NCBI GenBank assembly: GCA_030390025.1
Contig: CM059432.1
Span: 42,472,001 to 42,536,000 of the forward strand
Length of the DNA stretch: 64,000 nucleotides
Source: Squalus acanthias
Lineage: Eukaryota
Direction: 5' to 3'
Below the pieces are notes generated by a model. The model made no database searches and was not told the DNA's origin. It saw only the letters and a list, made by a program, of their open reading frames with translations. The position numbers and the translations under genes are program-made. This document shows positions 36,406 through 49,682 of this stretch, piece by piece (the stretch's first letter is position 1; each line of letters starts with the position of its first letter).

Positions 36406-37950
36406 ATGGCAGGGGACCTCAGTCCCATGTGTTGCACGGCCTGCAGCATGTGAGAATTCCTAGAAGCAGTCAGGATGACCACATGTGCAGTAAGTGCCAA
36501 CGGTTTGGCCAACTTGAGATCCGGTTTTCGGAGCTCGAGCGTTAGCTGGAGGCACTGTGGTGTATCCGCGAGGCTGAGAGTTACATGGATAGCACGTTTT
36601 TAGACGTGGTCACCCCGCAGCTTAAGGAAGTGCAGTCAGAGAGGGAATGGGAGACCACCAGTCAGAAGAAGGGGGGCAGGCAGGTAGTCAGGAAAGCCCC
36701 AGAGTGCATCTCACTCAACAACCGTTTTTCTGTGTTTGGAAAACAGTGAAAGTGACGGTTCCTCTGGGGATGCAGCCAGAGCCAAGTTCACGGCACTGTG
36801 GGTGGCTCAGCTGCACAAGGGGGGAGGAGTAAGAGTGGAAGGGCAATAGTGGTAGGAGACTCAATAGTGAGGGGTGCAGACAGGCGTTTCTGCGGCCGCA
36901 GACGTAACTCCAGGATGGTATGTTACCTCCTTGGTGCCAGGGTCAAGGATGTCACTGAACGGCTGCAGGGTATTCTGAAGGGGGAGGGCAAACAGTCAGA
37001 GGTCATGGTTCACATTGGTACCAACGACATAGGTAGAAAGAGGGATGAGGTCCTGCAACAAGAATTTAGGGAGCTAGGTAGCAGATTAAAAAGCAGGACC
37101 TCAAAGGTTGTAATCTCTGGATTACTCCCGGTGCCATGTGCTAGTGAGTATAGGAATAGGAGGATAGAGCAGATGAATGCGTGGCTCGAGTTGGTGCAGG
37201 AGGGAGGGCTTTAGTTTCCTGGATCACTGGATCTGTTTCTGGGGAAGGTGGGACCTGTACAAGTCGGGCGGGTTGCACCTGAACTGGAACTTGCTGCAGT
37301 TGTACAGGGCCTTGGTGAGACCACACCTTGAGTATTGTGTGCAGTTTTGGTCGCCTTATCTGAGGAAGGATGTTCTTGGCATGGAGGGAGTGCAGCGAAG
37401 ATTCACCAGACTGATACCTGGGATGGCAGGAATGAAGTATGAAGAGAGATTGGGTCGATTAGGCTTATATTCGCTACAGTTTCGAAGAATGAGAGGGGAT
37501 CTCATTGAAACTTATAAAATTCTAACAGGACTAGACAGACTAGATGCAGGAAGGATGTTCCCGATGGCGGGGGAGTCCAGAACCAGGGGTCACAGTCTAA
37601 GGATAAGGGGTAAGCCATTTAGGACTGAGATGAGGAGGAATTTCTTCACCCAGAGAGTGGTGAACCTGTGGAATTCTCTACCACAGAAGGTAGTTGATGC
37701 CAATTCATTAAATATATTCAAGAAGGAGTTAGATATATTTCTTAAGGCTAAAGGGATCAAGGGATATGGGGAGAAAGCAGGGACAGGGTACTGAATTTGG
37801 ATGATCAGCCATGATCTCATTGAATGGCGGAACAGGCTCGAGGGGCCGAATGGCCTACTCCTGCTCCTATCTTCTATGTTTCTATGTTTCTATGGAACGG
37901 GACCAACATCCTTGCGGGGAGGTTTGCTAGTACTGTTGGGGGGAGGTTAA
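36406..37950 (+). pseudogene. CR1 ORF1 (Cys-rich N-terminus + SGNH esterase-like domain), disrupted
   Basis: MAGDLSPMCCTACSM*, VVGDSIVRG, HIGTND, GLHLN; premature stop, frameshifts and a nested insertion. Confidence 0.85.
37291..37892 (+). mobile_element. CR1 3' fragment nested in CR1 ORF1
   Basis: TGGAAC TSD (37285-37290, 37893-37898); same subfamily as 25349-26108 and 49683-54906. Confidence 0.93.
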
Positions 37951-38059
37951 ACTAACTTGGCAGGGGGATGGGATACGGAGTGGAGCTATAGTAGGGGGTG
38001 ATGCACAGCCAAATATAGAGGAAAAAACAAGTCAGCCTGGAAGGCAGAGCAAATATGTA

Positions 38060-40808
38060 ATGGCACAAGGGAGTCTGGCAAGGCTGGGTGGCATTTATTT
38101 TAATGCAAGGAGTCTTGCAAGTAAGGCAGATGAATTGAAGGTGTTGATGAACACATGGGAGTATGATATTGTTGCTATCACAGAGACATGGTTGAGGGAG
38201 GGGCAGGACTGGCAGCTCAATATTCCGGGGTATAGAATCTTCAAGCGAGACAGAGGGGGGTGTAAAAGTGGAGGGGGTGTCACAATATTAATCAAGGAGT
38301 CAATTACGCCTGTAAGGAGGGATGATATCTTAGCAGATTCCTTTAATGAGGCCATATGGGTAGATCTTAAAAACAAAAAGGGGGCAAGCACTTTGCTGGG
38401 AGTGTACTATAGGCCCCCAAACAGTCAGTGGTAGATAGAGGAACAGATATGTAGGCAAATCTCAGATAAGTGTAGAAATAATAGGGTAATAATAGTAGGG
38501 GATTTCAACTTCCCCAATATTAACCGGGATAGTCAGAGTGTGAAAGGCTTAGAGGGTGCGGAATTCTTAAAGTGCATCCAGGAGAGCTTTTTGAGCCAGC
38601 ATGTAGAAAGTCCTACAAGAGAGGGGGCGGTACTGGACCTAATTCTGGGGAATGTAGCTGGGCAAGTGGTAGAAGTGTCAGTAGGAGAGCATTTTGGTGA
38701 CAGTGGCCATAATTCGGTGAGATTTAAGGTAGTCATGGAAAAGGACAAAGATGGACCAGAAATAAACATTCTAAATTGGGGAAAGGCCGATTTTAAGATG
38801 ATAAGGCAGGATCTGGCCAAAGTGGACTGATTTCAGCTACTTGTAGGAAAATCCACATCAGAGCAGTGGGAGTCATTCAGAAAGTAAATAGAGAGAGTAC
38901 AGCGCCAACATGTTCCCGTAAAGGTCAAGGGTGGGACCAACAAGTCCAGGGAACCCTGGATGTCAAGGGATATACAAGAATGGATTAGGAAAAAAAGGGA
39001 GGCTTTTGGCAGATACAAAGGACTAAAAACAGTGGAAGCCCTAGAGGAGTATAGGAAGTACAGGGGGGTACTTAAAAAAGAAATTAGGAGAGCGAAGAGG
39101 GGGCATGAAAAAACACTGGCGGGCAAAATAAAGGAAAATCCCAAGGTGTTTTATAAGTATATTAAGGACAAGAGGATAACCAGGGAAAGAGTAGGGCCCA
39201 TTAGGGACCAAAGTGGCAATCTGTGTGTAGAGCCGGAAGATGTGGGTGAGGTTTTAAATTAATATTTTGCATCTGTGTTCACTCTGGAGAAGGACGATGT
39301 AGGCATAGAAATCAGGCAGGGGGATTGTGATATACTTGAACAGCATTGAGAGGGAGGAGGTACTAGCAGTTTTAGCGGGCTTAAAAGTGGATAAATCCCC
39401 AGGCCCAGACGAGAGGTAACCCAGGCTGCTGTGTGAGGCAAGGGAGGAGATTGCACGGGTTCTGACACAAATTTTCAGAACCTCTCTGGCCACAGGGGAG
39501 GTGCCAGAGCACTGGAGGACAGCTAACGTGGTACCATTATTCAAGAAGGGTTGTAGGGATAAACCAGGGAATTACAGGCCAGTGAGCCTAACATCAGTGG
39601 TAGAGAAATTATTGGAAAAAATTCTGAGGGACAGAATTAGTCTCCACTTGGAGAGGCAAGGATTAATCAAGAATAGTCAGCATGGCTTTGTCAGGGGGAG
39701 ATCATGTTTAACCAATTTGATTGAATTTTTCGAGGGGGTGACTGGGTGCGTGGATGAGGGTAGTGCTGTTGATGTAGTCTACATGGACTTCAGTAAGGCT
39801 TTTGACAAAGTCCCGCATGGGAGACTGGTCAAGAAGGTAAGAGCCCATGGGATCCAGGGTAATTTGGCACATTGGATCCAAAATTGGCTTAGTGGCAGGA
39901 GGCAGAGGGTGATGGTCGAAGGCTGTTTTTGTGACTGGAAGCCTGTGTCCAGTGGTGTACCGCAGGGATCGGTGCTGGGACCTTTGCTGTTTGTAGTGTA
40001 CATTAATGATTTAGATATGAATGTAGGAGGTATGATCAGTAAGTTCGCAGCTGGAGTGGTAAATAGTGAGGAGGGGAGCCTCAGGCTACAGGACAATATA
40101 GATGGGTTGGTCAGATGGGCAGAACAGTGGCAAATGGAATTTAACCCTGACAAGTGTGAGGTGATGCATTTTGGGAGGACTAACAAGGCAAGGGAATACA
40201 CAATGAATGGTAGGACCCGAGGAAGGACAGAGGATCAGAGGGACCTTGGTGTGCATGTACATAGATCCCTGAAGGCAGCAGGACAGGTAGATAAGATGGT
40301 TAAGAAGACATATGGGATACTTGCCTTCATTAGCCGAGGCATAGAATATAAGAGCAGGGAGGTTATGATGGAGCTGTACAAAACGCTAGTTAGGCCACAG
40401 CTGGAATACTGTGTGCAGTTCTGGTCACCACACTATAGGAGGGATGTGATTGCATTGGAGAGGGTGCAGAGGAGATTCACCAGGATGTTACTTGGGCTGG
40501 AGCGTTTCAGCTGTGAAGAGAGACTGGCCAGGCTGGGGTTGTTTTCCTTAGAGCAGAGAAGGCTGAGGGGGGACCTGAGTGAGGTGTACAAAATTATGAG
40601 GGGCATAGATAGGGTAGATAGAAATGAACTTTTCCCCTTAGTAGAGGGGTTAATAACCAGGGGGCATAGTTTCAAGGTAAGGGGCAGGAGGTTTAGAGGG
40701 GATTTGAGGAAAAACTTTTTCACCCAGAGGGTGGTTGGAATCTGGAACTCACTGCCTGAAAGAATGGTAGAGGCCGGAACCCTCAACATTCAAGAAGCAT
40801 TTAGATGA
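38060..40808 (+). pseudogene. CR1 ORF2 (APE endonuclease + RT), disrupted
   Basis: Several stops; RT FADD motif deleted (SKFAAGVV versus SKFADDTKIGGVV in the sister copy). Confidence 0.92.
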
Positions 40809-41252
40809 GCACTTGAAACGCCATAGCATACAAGGCTACGGACCAAGTGCTGGAAAATGGGATTAGAATAGACAGGGCTTGATGGCCGGCGCAGACGCGA
40901 TGGGCCGAAGGGCCTCTTTCTGTGCTGTATAACTCTATGTTTCTATGATTCAAGCCCCATTCCAGAAGCTTGAGCACATAATCCAGGCTGACACTTCAGT
41001 GCAGTACTGAGGGAGTGCTGCACTGTCGGAGGTGCAGTCTTTTGAAGGAGGCATTTAATCAAGGCCCCGTCTTCCCCCTCAGGTGAATGTAAAATATCCC
41101 ATAGCACTTTTCTAATGCTATCCCTCAACTGACAGCACCTAAAACAGATTTTCTGGCTATTTATCTCATTGCTGTTTGTGGGACCTTACTGTAGCAAATT
41201 CTCTGCCACATTTCCCTACTTTACAACAGTAACTATACTTCAAAAGTACTTA

Positions 41253-42320
41253 TACAAAAACAAAATACTGCGAATGCTGGAAAGCTGAAATAAAAACAGA
41301 AATGCTGGAAATACTCAGCAGGTCAGGCTGCATCTGTGGAGAGAGAAACAGAGTTAATGTTTCAGGTCGATGACCTTTCATCAGAACTGGAAAAAGTTAG
41401 AGATGTAACAGGTTTTTAAGCAAGTGCAGGGGCAGGGAAAGGGGGAGGGGAAGAAAGAAGAAAAGGGAAGGTCTGTGATAGGATGGAAGGCAGGAGAGAT
41501 TAAATAACAAAAGGTATGACTGTACAAAGCAAAAGGAGATGCTAATGGAACAAGTAAAAAAACAAAAGATGAGTCTAGAAGAGGTGTAAATGGGAATGGC
41601 AGAATCAGCAACAGCTGTCATGTGAAAAAATAGGGGCAGAGGTTATGCCCTGAGATTGTTGAACTCGATATTGAGTCCAAAAGGCTGTAACGTGCCTAAT
41701 CGAAAGATGAGGTGCTGTTCCTCGAGCTTCCGTTGAGCTTCGTTGGAACAGTGTCCCCAATGGGGAAACCAAAGGCAGATTGGGTGACTGCTTTGCGGAA
41801 CACCTCCGTTCAGACCGCAAGCTTGACCCCAAGCTTCCAGTCGCCTGTCACTTTAATTCTCCGCTCCACTCCCACACTGACCTTTCGGTCCTCGGCCTCC
41901 TACACTATTCCAACAAAGCTCAACGTAAGCTCCAGGAACAGCACCTCATCTTTCAGACCATAACCTCTCCCCCTATCTTTTCAGATGGCAGCTGTTGATG
42001 ATTCTGCTATTCCCATTTACACCACTTCTAGACTCATCTTTTTGTTTCTTTACTTGTCCCAGTAACATCTCCTTTTGTTTTGTACTATCGTACCTTTTGT
42101 CATTTAATCACTCCTGCCTTCCACCCTATCACAGACCTTCCCTTTTGTTCTTTCCTCCCCTCCCCCCTTTCCCTGCCCCTGCACTTGCTTAAAATCTGTT
42201 ACATCTCTAACTTGTTCCAGTCCTGACAAAAGGTCATCGACCTGAAGCCTTAACTCTGTTTCTCTCTCCACAGATGCTACCTGAGCTGCTGAGTATTCCA
42301 GCATTTTCTGTTTTTATTTC
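41253..42320. mobile_element. Penelope-derived insertion with inverted 3' ends (pLTRs facing outward)
   Basis: Left arm is a minus-strand PLE 3' end (hammerhead 41352-41388); right arm is a plus-strand GIY-YIG end plus degenerate hammerhead (42219-42255); 10-bp TSD. Confidence 0.85.
41352..41388 (-). ncRNA. Minimal hammerhead ribozyme (CG to CA change in stem III)
   Basis: AGUU-CUGAUGA-AAGGUCAUCGACCU-GAAACAUU-AACU. Confidence 0.6.
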
Positions 42321-42574
42321 AAAGTACTTAATTGGCTGTGAAGCGCTTTGGGATGTCCTGTGGTTGTGAAAGGTGCTATATAAATGCAAGTTTGTTCTTT
42401 ATTTTATGTAATTTATTTGCAATATGAAGTTTGGGCATTAGATATGAAGAGTAATGGATATGTTCAAGTGATTACAAGGAGTTCACACCTAAGTGGCTTG
42501 TCACCTATACCTTGAGATTAGATTGTTTTCCTTACAATTACTTTCATCCACTCATTGTTCCTGTAACATATGCG

Positions 42575-42800
42575 CCGAACACCTCGAGTCTCTTCGCTGG
42601 GAGCAAGCGGAAGCCAAGCGCAGGCAGCGCAAGGAGCGCACGTCAACCCAAGCACCCCACCCACCCGTCCCTTCAACCACCGTCTGCCCCACCTGTGACA
42701 GAGACTGTAGGTCCCGCATTGGACTCATCAGTCACCTGCGAACTCATTTTTAATGTGGAAGCAAGTCATCCTCGGTTCCGAGGGACTGCCTAAGAAGAAG
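42575..42800 (+). mobile_element. RTE LINE 3' fragment
   Basis: Nearly identical to 312-530; AAG tail. Confidence 0.85.
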
Positions 42801-45409
42801 TAAGAACATATGCTAATATAACAGTGTTAATATTCAATTGAAATTAAGTTTGGCCAGTTGTTGCTGTGCGCTACTGTTTATGGAAGGTGTTTTATTTCTT
42901 CTGTTGATATCATGGCCAACATCAATGGGCTGGATGCTCAATTCAAGTGATGCCTGATGTATGACACCCTCACTGAGAAATCAAATTTGTGAAGTAATCA
43001 CTGCAAGATTACTGGAATTTGTTCTTTAATTTATGACTAGGAAGTGGCACAGCTGTACATAAGATTTTACTGTTGCGTGAATGAAGCTTTTGAGGGCGAT
43101 AAGTGATGCGGTGGAGATTCACATTAACAAAAAAATTATTGGAAACAATCAGGAGGTCAGGCAGAATCTGTGGAGAGAGAAGCAGAGTTAAAGATTTGTT
43201 GTGGAGCCTGCATCAAATCACATTGGCCCAGATTCTCCTGCAACAACGAGTTCGGCTACTTAGCCTATAAATGTAACTGTCTAACGCGCTGATCTTGGTG
43301 TCGATAAGTTTCCTGCCTTTGTAATTAAAATACGCCACAGTGAGAATGGCAGGCGAATTGGAAGCGGTGTGCCATTATTTCTTTGCAATCCCACGAATAG
43401 CAATTTAAGTTTTGCAAATTGTCTTTTAATGTGAATCCGAAGTATGGCGCCCATCCAACATGCTCCTCCCACCTAGCCTGTTCTCTGCTCGATGGAATCG
43501 GTCAGCCTGCTTCTGTTCAGAGCACGTCATGAATTTGAGTACGGAGATTCCACAGGTGTGCTCAACCTAATCTCTAACTTCAGTCCTGCCCATGTTTAAT
43601 AGTTTGAGCGATTTAAAAAAAAAACTATTAGCTTTAAAACACGTTGCTACCAGGCCACGAACAGCATTATTTTAAAATCTAAGTGGCAGCGCACACAAAA
43701 TGGCGAGAATACAGCAAAATCGCGTTTGCCATTATTTTAACTGGGAGAGCAGAGCTATGAAAATTAGCCTCCAACTGTTTTTCGACAAGGGGTAACAGCG
43801 AAACTGCGCAAACGTCAGAGGAAAATAGGCAGTGCCATAAATCATGGCATAAGTCACTTAGTCCATTATTTCCTCTTTCTTTTATGCCGTTCAAGGATCC
43901 CGGTGATGTAAATGTACCAAAATAATGAAGCAAATCTCCAGGAAGGTGTTGTGTTGAGCGACTAATTTTCAGAATGGCAGTTTCTTTGTTGGGTACCTAA
44001 AAACAATATTGACAGAGACGAAGAAACTGAATTTGTCGAGGGAAAACATGTACTTATATGCACAAAATTTCAGCAGGTCTGACAAGCATTTCAGCATGCT
44101 AAGTGGCAAAGAGAACTGCCACTAAACTGTAATTCATGTCAGTTTAGGAGACACATTATGGTGCCGTAATGCTTTTTTGGAATATTAGCAACTGGTTTTA
44201 TTTTTAAACTATGAAACTGTGCATCTAGACTTAGCTCTTTTTACTAATATTTTTGCAGACAAATTAGGACCCCTTTATACCACAAGTAATAAAGAAAGAA
44301 AAACTTGCAGTTATGTAGTTTTATTGTTGTCGTTCAGAGACATCTGAAAGGATTTCACCTAAAATGAATTAATTTAAAGTGCAGTGACCTGTTTTATAGA
44401 CAAAAACAGCTGCCATTTTGGACACAGCAAAAATCCCACAAAATGCAATGAGATGAATCACCAGTTAATCAATTTTTGGTAGTATTGGTCAAGGGAAAAA
44501 TGTTGGCCAGGAGAATTCCCTCTTCTTCTTCGAGTAATGCTTTGACTGCAAACAATTCTCTGCCTCATTTTAAGTTCCCATCGTTCCTTATAACTGAGAG
44601 GGCAGTTAAATAACCTCTACCCAGCTACCTACCAATGCCACTTCTGAACTGCTCATTAGGAAATGACCAGCACGCCTTCACTTTTCCCCACATGACTCTG
44701 TGGCGGTCCCAGATGGCTTGTCATAAATTGGGAACTCACCTTGCAGGGAAATGCGGCTCGGAGTATGTGGCGGTTTTGATGGTGCACCAGCACCCTGTGC
44801 CACTAGGCTGCTCGGTTACCAAAATCCCTAAGCATTTCACATTATCAAATATTAATGTGGTATTCTTATTTGATTTCTCAGAACCTATTCTGCGCCATTA
44901 GAATGAGTTTGCTTATATTTTAGACTGCAATCTACAGGGTGTTTTAAAATGGTCTATCTTGCACTGCAGTGCAATCACTCATTTTCTAATTTAGTTTAAT
45001 TAGTAAGGTATGAAATTTTATAGTCTGCCAGATTCCCCTAATCACAAGCTATCAGCATTCTGTGCATACCTTTATGGATCATAATTTGTACATATGTGCC
45101 ATAGCAGCCTTTTTCACCTCTGCTGAATTTTTAGTGGTATTTGGCCCATAATTTCAAATAAATTCCTGAGAGTCATTTCCAAATTCTCAATCGGTTACTG
45201 AAAATATGCCTTCCACCTCTGAATTTTTATTTTTCACCACCATAAATGCCTGTGCCAGTTTCCGGCAAAGTTGTTTGTACTGAGTTGCTGTGCTCCAGGA
45301 GCACTAAACATCCATTTGCAGCTGTTGATTCTTTATTGTGGATGATTGCATTGACATCATGGCCTTAATGGAAACTTGGCGCATGGGTGACGAAATACTT
45401 GCTCCTTAT

Positions 45410-45526
45410 TGAATCCTCCTCACCTGACCATACCTTCCATCACCTGCCTGAATCCTCCTCGCCTGACCATACCTTCCATCACCTGCCTGAATCCTCCTCG
45501 CCTGACCATACCTTCCGTCACCTGCC
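45410..45526 (+). repeat. 39-bp tandem repeat x3
   Basis: TGAATCCTCCTCRCCTGACCATACCTTCCRTCACCTGCC x3 within the L2 endonuclease region. Confidence 0.93.
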
Positions 45527-47250
45527 CCTCTCCATCCCTTCTAAACCGCAACGGTCACCAAATCTCACCTTGGTCTGTCCCCCTACTCCTCTGCACCTTC
45601 TTTGAGCACCTCACCTTGTTCCACCCCTCTCTCCTTGCCTTTAAAATCCTCATTGACTACCACCCATCCAAGTTTATAACTGAGATAACCTTATTCCTTT
45701 CCTCCCTCAGCCTCTGACGACTTCTCAACATCGGTGATTTCAATTTCCATCTCAACTCACCCTGTACTCTCGTCTCTGAGTTTGCTGCCCTCCTGTCCTC
45801 CCTTAACCTCTCCCTCCATAAAGCTCCCGTACTCATATTCACAGCTACCCACCACCCCACCCCCCACCTTGCCATCTCACGTGGCTTCTCAATCACATAA
45901 TCACATCCTCTCAATCACAAGGCCATCTCTGATCACCACTCATAATCACCTTTCCCCTTCCACCCCAACTTCCTTCTGTGTCCGCCCCTGTAATAAATTC
46001 TCCACCAAGCTACTTACAAATGTACTTTCAAACTCCCAACTGTCTAGCCTTAGGTTCTCTGTTTGCCACAATACTTCTGCAGCTGTTGATCTGTTCAATC
46101 ACTCCCTCGCCTCCACCTCTGGTGACCTTGTCTCCAGTAAAATTCTTACTCTCTCTCACCCTGATCGTTCCCCTGCTATGGCCCCCATATTCGTTCCCTA
46201 AAGTCTAAGAGGTGCAGATTTGAACATTGCTGGCACACAACTGATTTAGCCTTTCATCGCCAGATTTGGCTAGAGCACATCAAGCACTATCGGGCCCTGC
46301 TCTCCTCTGCCAAAACTGCTCAGAACTCCAGGATCATCCTGGAATGCAAAGAAAGCCCGTGTCTTTTCTCCACTACCAACCACCTTCTTAAACCTTTCTC
46401 CCCTGTCCCCATCACCCTCAACTCCAACAAGTATGAAGAGCTCATTGCCTTCTTTATCACTAAAATTGAGACCATCAGTTTAGCTGCCCCAGCAGCATCC
46501 CACCCTTCCACTTGTCCACCAAGCTAAACTTCCCCCAAAGTTATTCCCGGCTCGAGCCCTGAACCTGTGTAATTCTCTAGTTTCTCTTCTCTATCCCCTC
46601 ATGTCCTTTCTAAGCCATCTTGTCCATGATATCCACTGCCTGTTCTCTCAACCCTATTCCCCCTCAACTGCTGACCACTCATCTTCTCTTGCTGGCCCCT
46701 CTGTGAGCTGACATTATAAACGGTTTCCTCTCCTCAGCAATTGTCACCCTCCCTGTCAAAACTGCCGTCATCACCCACTCCTCAACAAAAACACCCATGC
46801 CCCTCTGTCCTTGCAATCTACTACCTCATCTTCAACCTTCCTTACCACTCCAAAATCCTTGAACATGTTGTCGCATCCCAAATCCGTGCCCATGTTTCCA
46901 GCAACTCCATGTTTGAATCTCTCCAATCAGGTTTCCGCACCACCACTGTCACAAATAATATCCACTATGACTGTGATGCACTATCCCTCCTCATTCTCCC
47001 CCACTTCTCTGGAGCATTTTACATGGTCAATCACACCATCGCCCTCCAATGCCTCTCCTCCATTAACTGGCTCAGTGGGATTGTCTCGTTTGGTTCCACT
47101 CATATATCCAATTGCAACCAGAGAATCTCTAGTAATGGCTTCGCTTCTCACTTCCGTACTATTACCTCTGATTGACCCAAGGAGCTATCCTGGGCCCCCT
47201 CATATTATTCATCTACATCTTGACCCTTAGCGACATCATCTGAAAACATA

Positions 47251-48590
47251 GGCCGAGATTTTACTTACCTTGGCGAGTCTGGTGCGGCCGGGGTTGGTGT
47301 CGGGTCACGACCCCGCTGCTAGCTCCATCCCGCTCTGGAAAATGAATTTCCATTGATAAGGCTTATTAAGCCCACCCAGCGCGCTTCCCGGTCCAATTAA
47401 AGGAAGTGGGTCTGGTGACGTCATTCATGACGCGTCATCAGCCGGTTTCCTTAAAGGGACCATGGCCACCTTACTTTTAACATTTGTGCTGTCAGTGTTC
47501 TACAGCACTGAAGTGCTGCAAACACTGACAAGCACTGCACAGAGGTGCAGGGCTGCACCCAGGCTCTCCCATGACTCCCTCCATATGCTTATGGAGGGAG
47601 TCACAGCACACAAGGAGGTCCTCTTCCCTTCTGATAGGTGGAAGAGACCTTTCCAGGAGACCAAGACAGCCTGGTTGCAGATTGCAGAGGAGGCCACAAG
47701 CATGGATGTCATTGGGAGGACAAGGCTGCAGTGGCGCAAACCTTTCAATGATCTCATTAGATCATGAAATGTTAGTACAAAGCCACACTCACCTTAATCC
47801 TGCTGTGCCTCTCATCACATCCCCATCACTCTGCCTTCTCTACCCTACTCCTGCACATCTATACTCACACCAACTTACCTTGCACCTCACCCATCCCTCT
47901 CTATCTACATTATCACATCCCCATCTCACTAGCCACCCCTCACACTCACCCTCATCCTAGTCCAATCATACCAACTAACAACACACAAGGGTAGCCACTT
48001 GGGTGCTTTATCAAATGTTTATGTAAAGTTTCTGTTAATGTGCTGTCAAACATTGAAACCTTTATTTTCAACACTTTGCGTTCTTGGACAGATTTGTGTG
48101 CACCTTTGGAAGTGGCTTAGCGAGTTGCAGTGAATGGTGAGACATAACCGTACCCCCCGCAATGGTGGTGAGTGGGAAAGGAATGGCTTGGGCATTGTAG
48201 GGATGCTTTATGATGTTGGTGTGGGGTGGTGCCAACTTGGCACATCATGTGGCAGCCAGGGTGTACAGCATCAAGTGAAGTAAATTTGGCCATGGTGAGG
48301 CCATCCCTGGCCTCCCGGGCAGCAATATGCTCGGGTGCTGATGCCCTCTGTCCTGTGCAGCATCAGGTGATTGCGGAGAAGGTTGATGTTGTTGTTGGTG
48401 CTGCTGGTGTGCCTGGTGCTGCTGGTGTTGGGGCTGATTGTGGTCAGATTCTGAGGACCAGGGTGAGACAGTATAAAGGGCACCCATGTTGATGGAATAG
48501 ATGGCAGGTGAGGTAGAGATGACAGAAGCATTCTGTCAATGGTGAGAGAGTTCTTCCAATGAGGTAAGAGTGGATGGTGGGTGGAAAGCC
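47251..48590 (+). mobile_element. Harbinger fragment (left end + Myb exon 1)
   Basis: GGCCGAGATTTT TIR-like start; RLSHDSL...AWLQIAEE...RTRLQWRKPFNDL; no right TIR found. Confidence 0.7.
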
Positions 48591-49682
48591 TGCTGAATCT
48601 CTCAACCCCTCCACTTCTCTGTGTTCTCAGACTGCCTGTCTGATATCCAGTCCTGGATGAGCCGCAATTTCCACCTGTTAAACATTTGGAAGACTAAAGC
48701 CATTGGGGGTGAAATTTGATACCGCTGAAAAACGGATGTGGGCATCGCGATGCGCGATATGCCTGTGCCACGTCAACTTCGTGCTGCCTGCTAATTATAA
48801 TGATTGCAGCGCACAGCCTAGTGCACAGCCTAGTGCTGAACGCTGCTGACAGGCTGTGCGCTCAGCAGGAGACAGAAATTTGGATTGTTCGAGCAAGGCA
48901 AGCTAGCCTCACCTCTTAAAGGCAGTCTGCACCTCTTATAGGTGATCTGCCTTCTGCTAATCAAAAATGTTAAAAGTGCTTCCGCACTAACACAAATTGC
49001 TCAATATGCCAGGGAAAGGGCACCCAGGGTCTCAGAGGCAACACTCAAGCTTTGTGCAGGGAATGAACACTGGAAGAGAAGTCCTCTACCTACAGGGGGC
49101 CAGTAGGCCCTCCTGAAAGAAGGATGTGGGACCAGATCACCGAGGTGGTCACTGTCAGCAGTGTTGCCCCCCCAGGACCTGGCTCCCGAGCCCAAAGAAG
49201 TTTCATGACCTCGGACGAGTGGTCAAGGTCAGTGAATGCATCTTCAAAAGCAGTCTCCTACCAACTGCACCACTAGCCTTACACACTGCTCAATGCATGA
49301 ACTCCCCCCGTCACTCACCTACCAACAATCTCTACCAAACACGAGGCACACCGCACATTCTCAGCTTCACCTCACCCTCTTGGAGAAGACGGTGCTGGCC
49401 ATTGTTTGCTGAGCCCTTTGCCAGCAATGGGGCTGAAAGAATACAAGATGCTGGTATCATCATACATTATCCTCTTTCTCACATCCCACTTAGAAACATA
49501 GGGGGGCGATTTTCCCACTGGAGGCGAGATGGAGGCAGTTTTCAGTTTGGGTGGGTTTGAAACTCGCCTCCACTGATAGGTTTCAAAAATTTGCGATTTT
49601 CCCATGATTGGCCACTTGATTTCAGAGGTGTGGGATGCCCTTGCTCAATTAATGTTTTGGGACTGAAACTCGCCTCTGTTGA

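Larger units (their letters stand above)
31721..40948 (+). mobile_element. Full-length CR1 LINE (GC-rich 5' UTR, ORF1, ORF2, tail), interrupted by a Harbinger and a CR1 fragment
   Basis: 5' UTR resumes across the CAA TSD; ORF1 from 36406; ORF2 from about 38060; tail ending CTCTATGTTTCTATG near 40948. Confidence 0.88.
40950..42400 (+). mobile_element. Deu-domain SINE split by a Penelope-derived insertion
   Basis: 40950-41252 and 42321-42400 rejoin across the AAAGTACTTA TSD. Confidence 0.75.

Noticed and set aside
42219..42255. Functional hammerhead
   Set aside because: Core is mutated (CUGACAA, GAAG); regarded as a decayed copy.
43225..43945. Possible old MITE or conserved non-coding element (GGCCCAGATTCT start, CpG-richer)
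   Set aside because: No matching right TIR or TSD could be established by eye.
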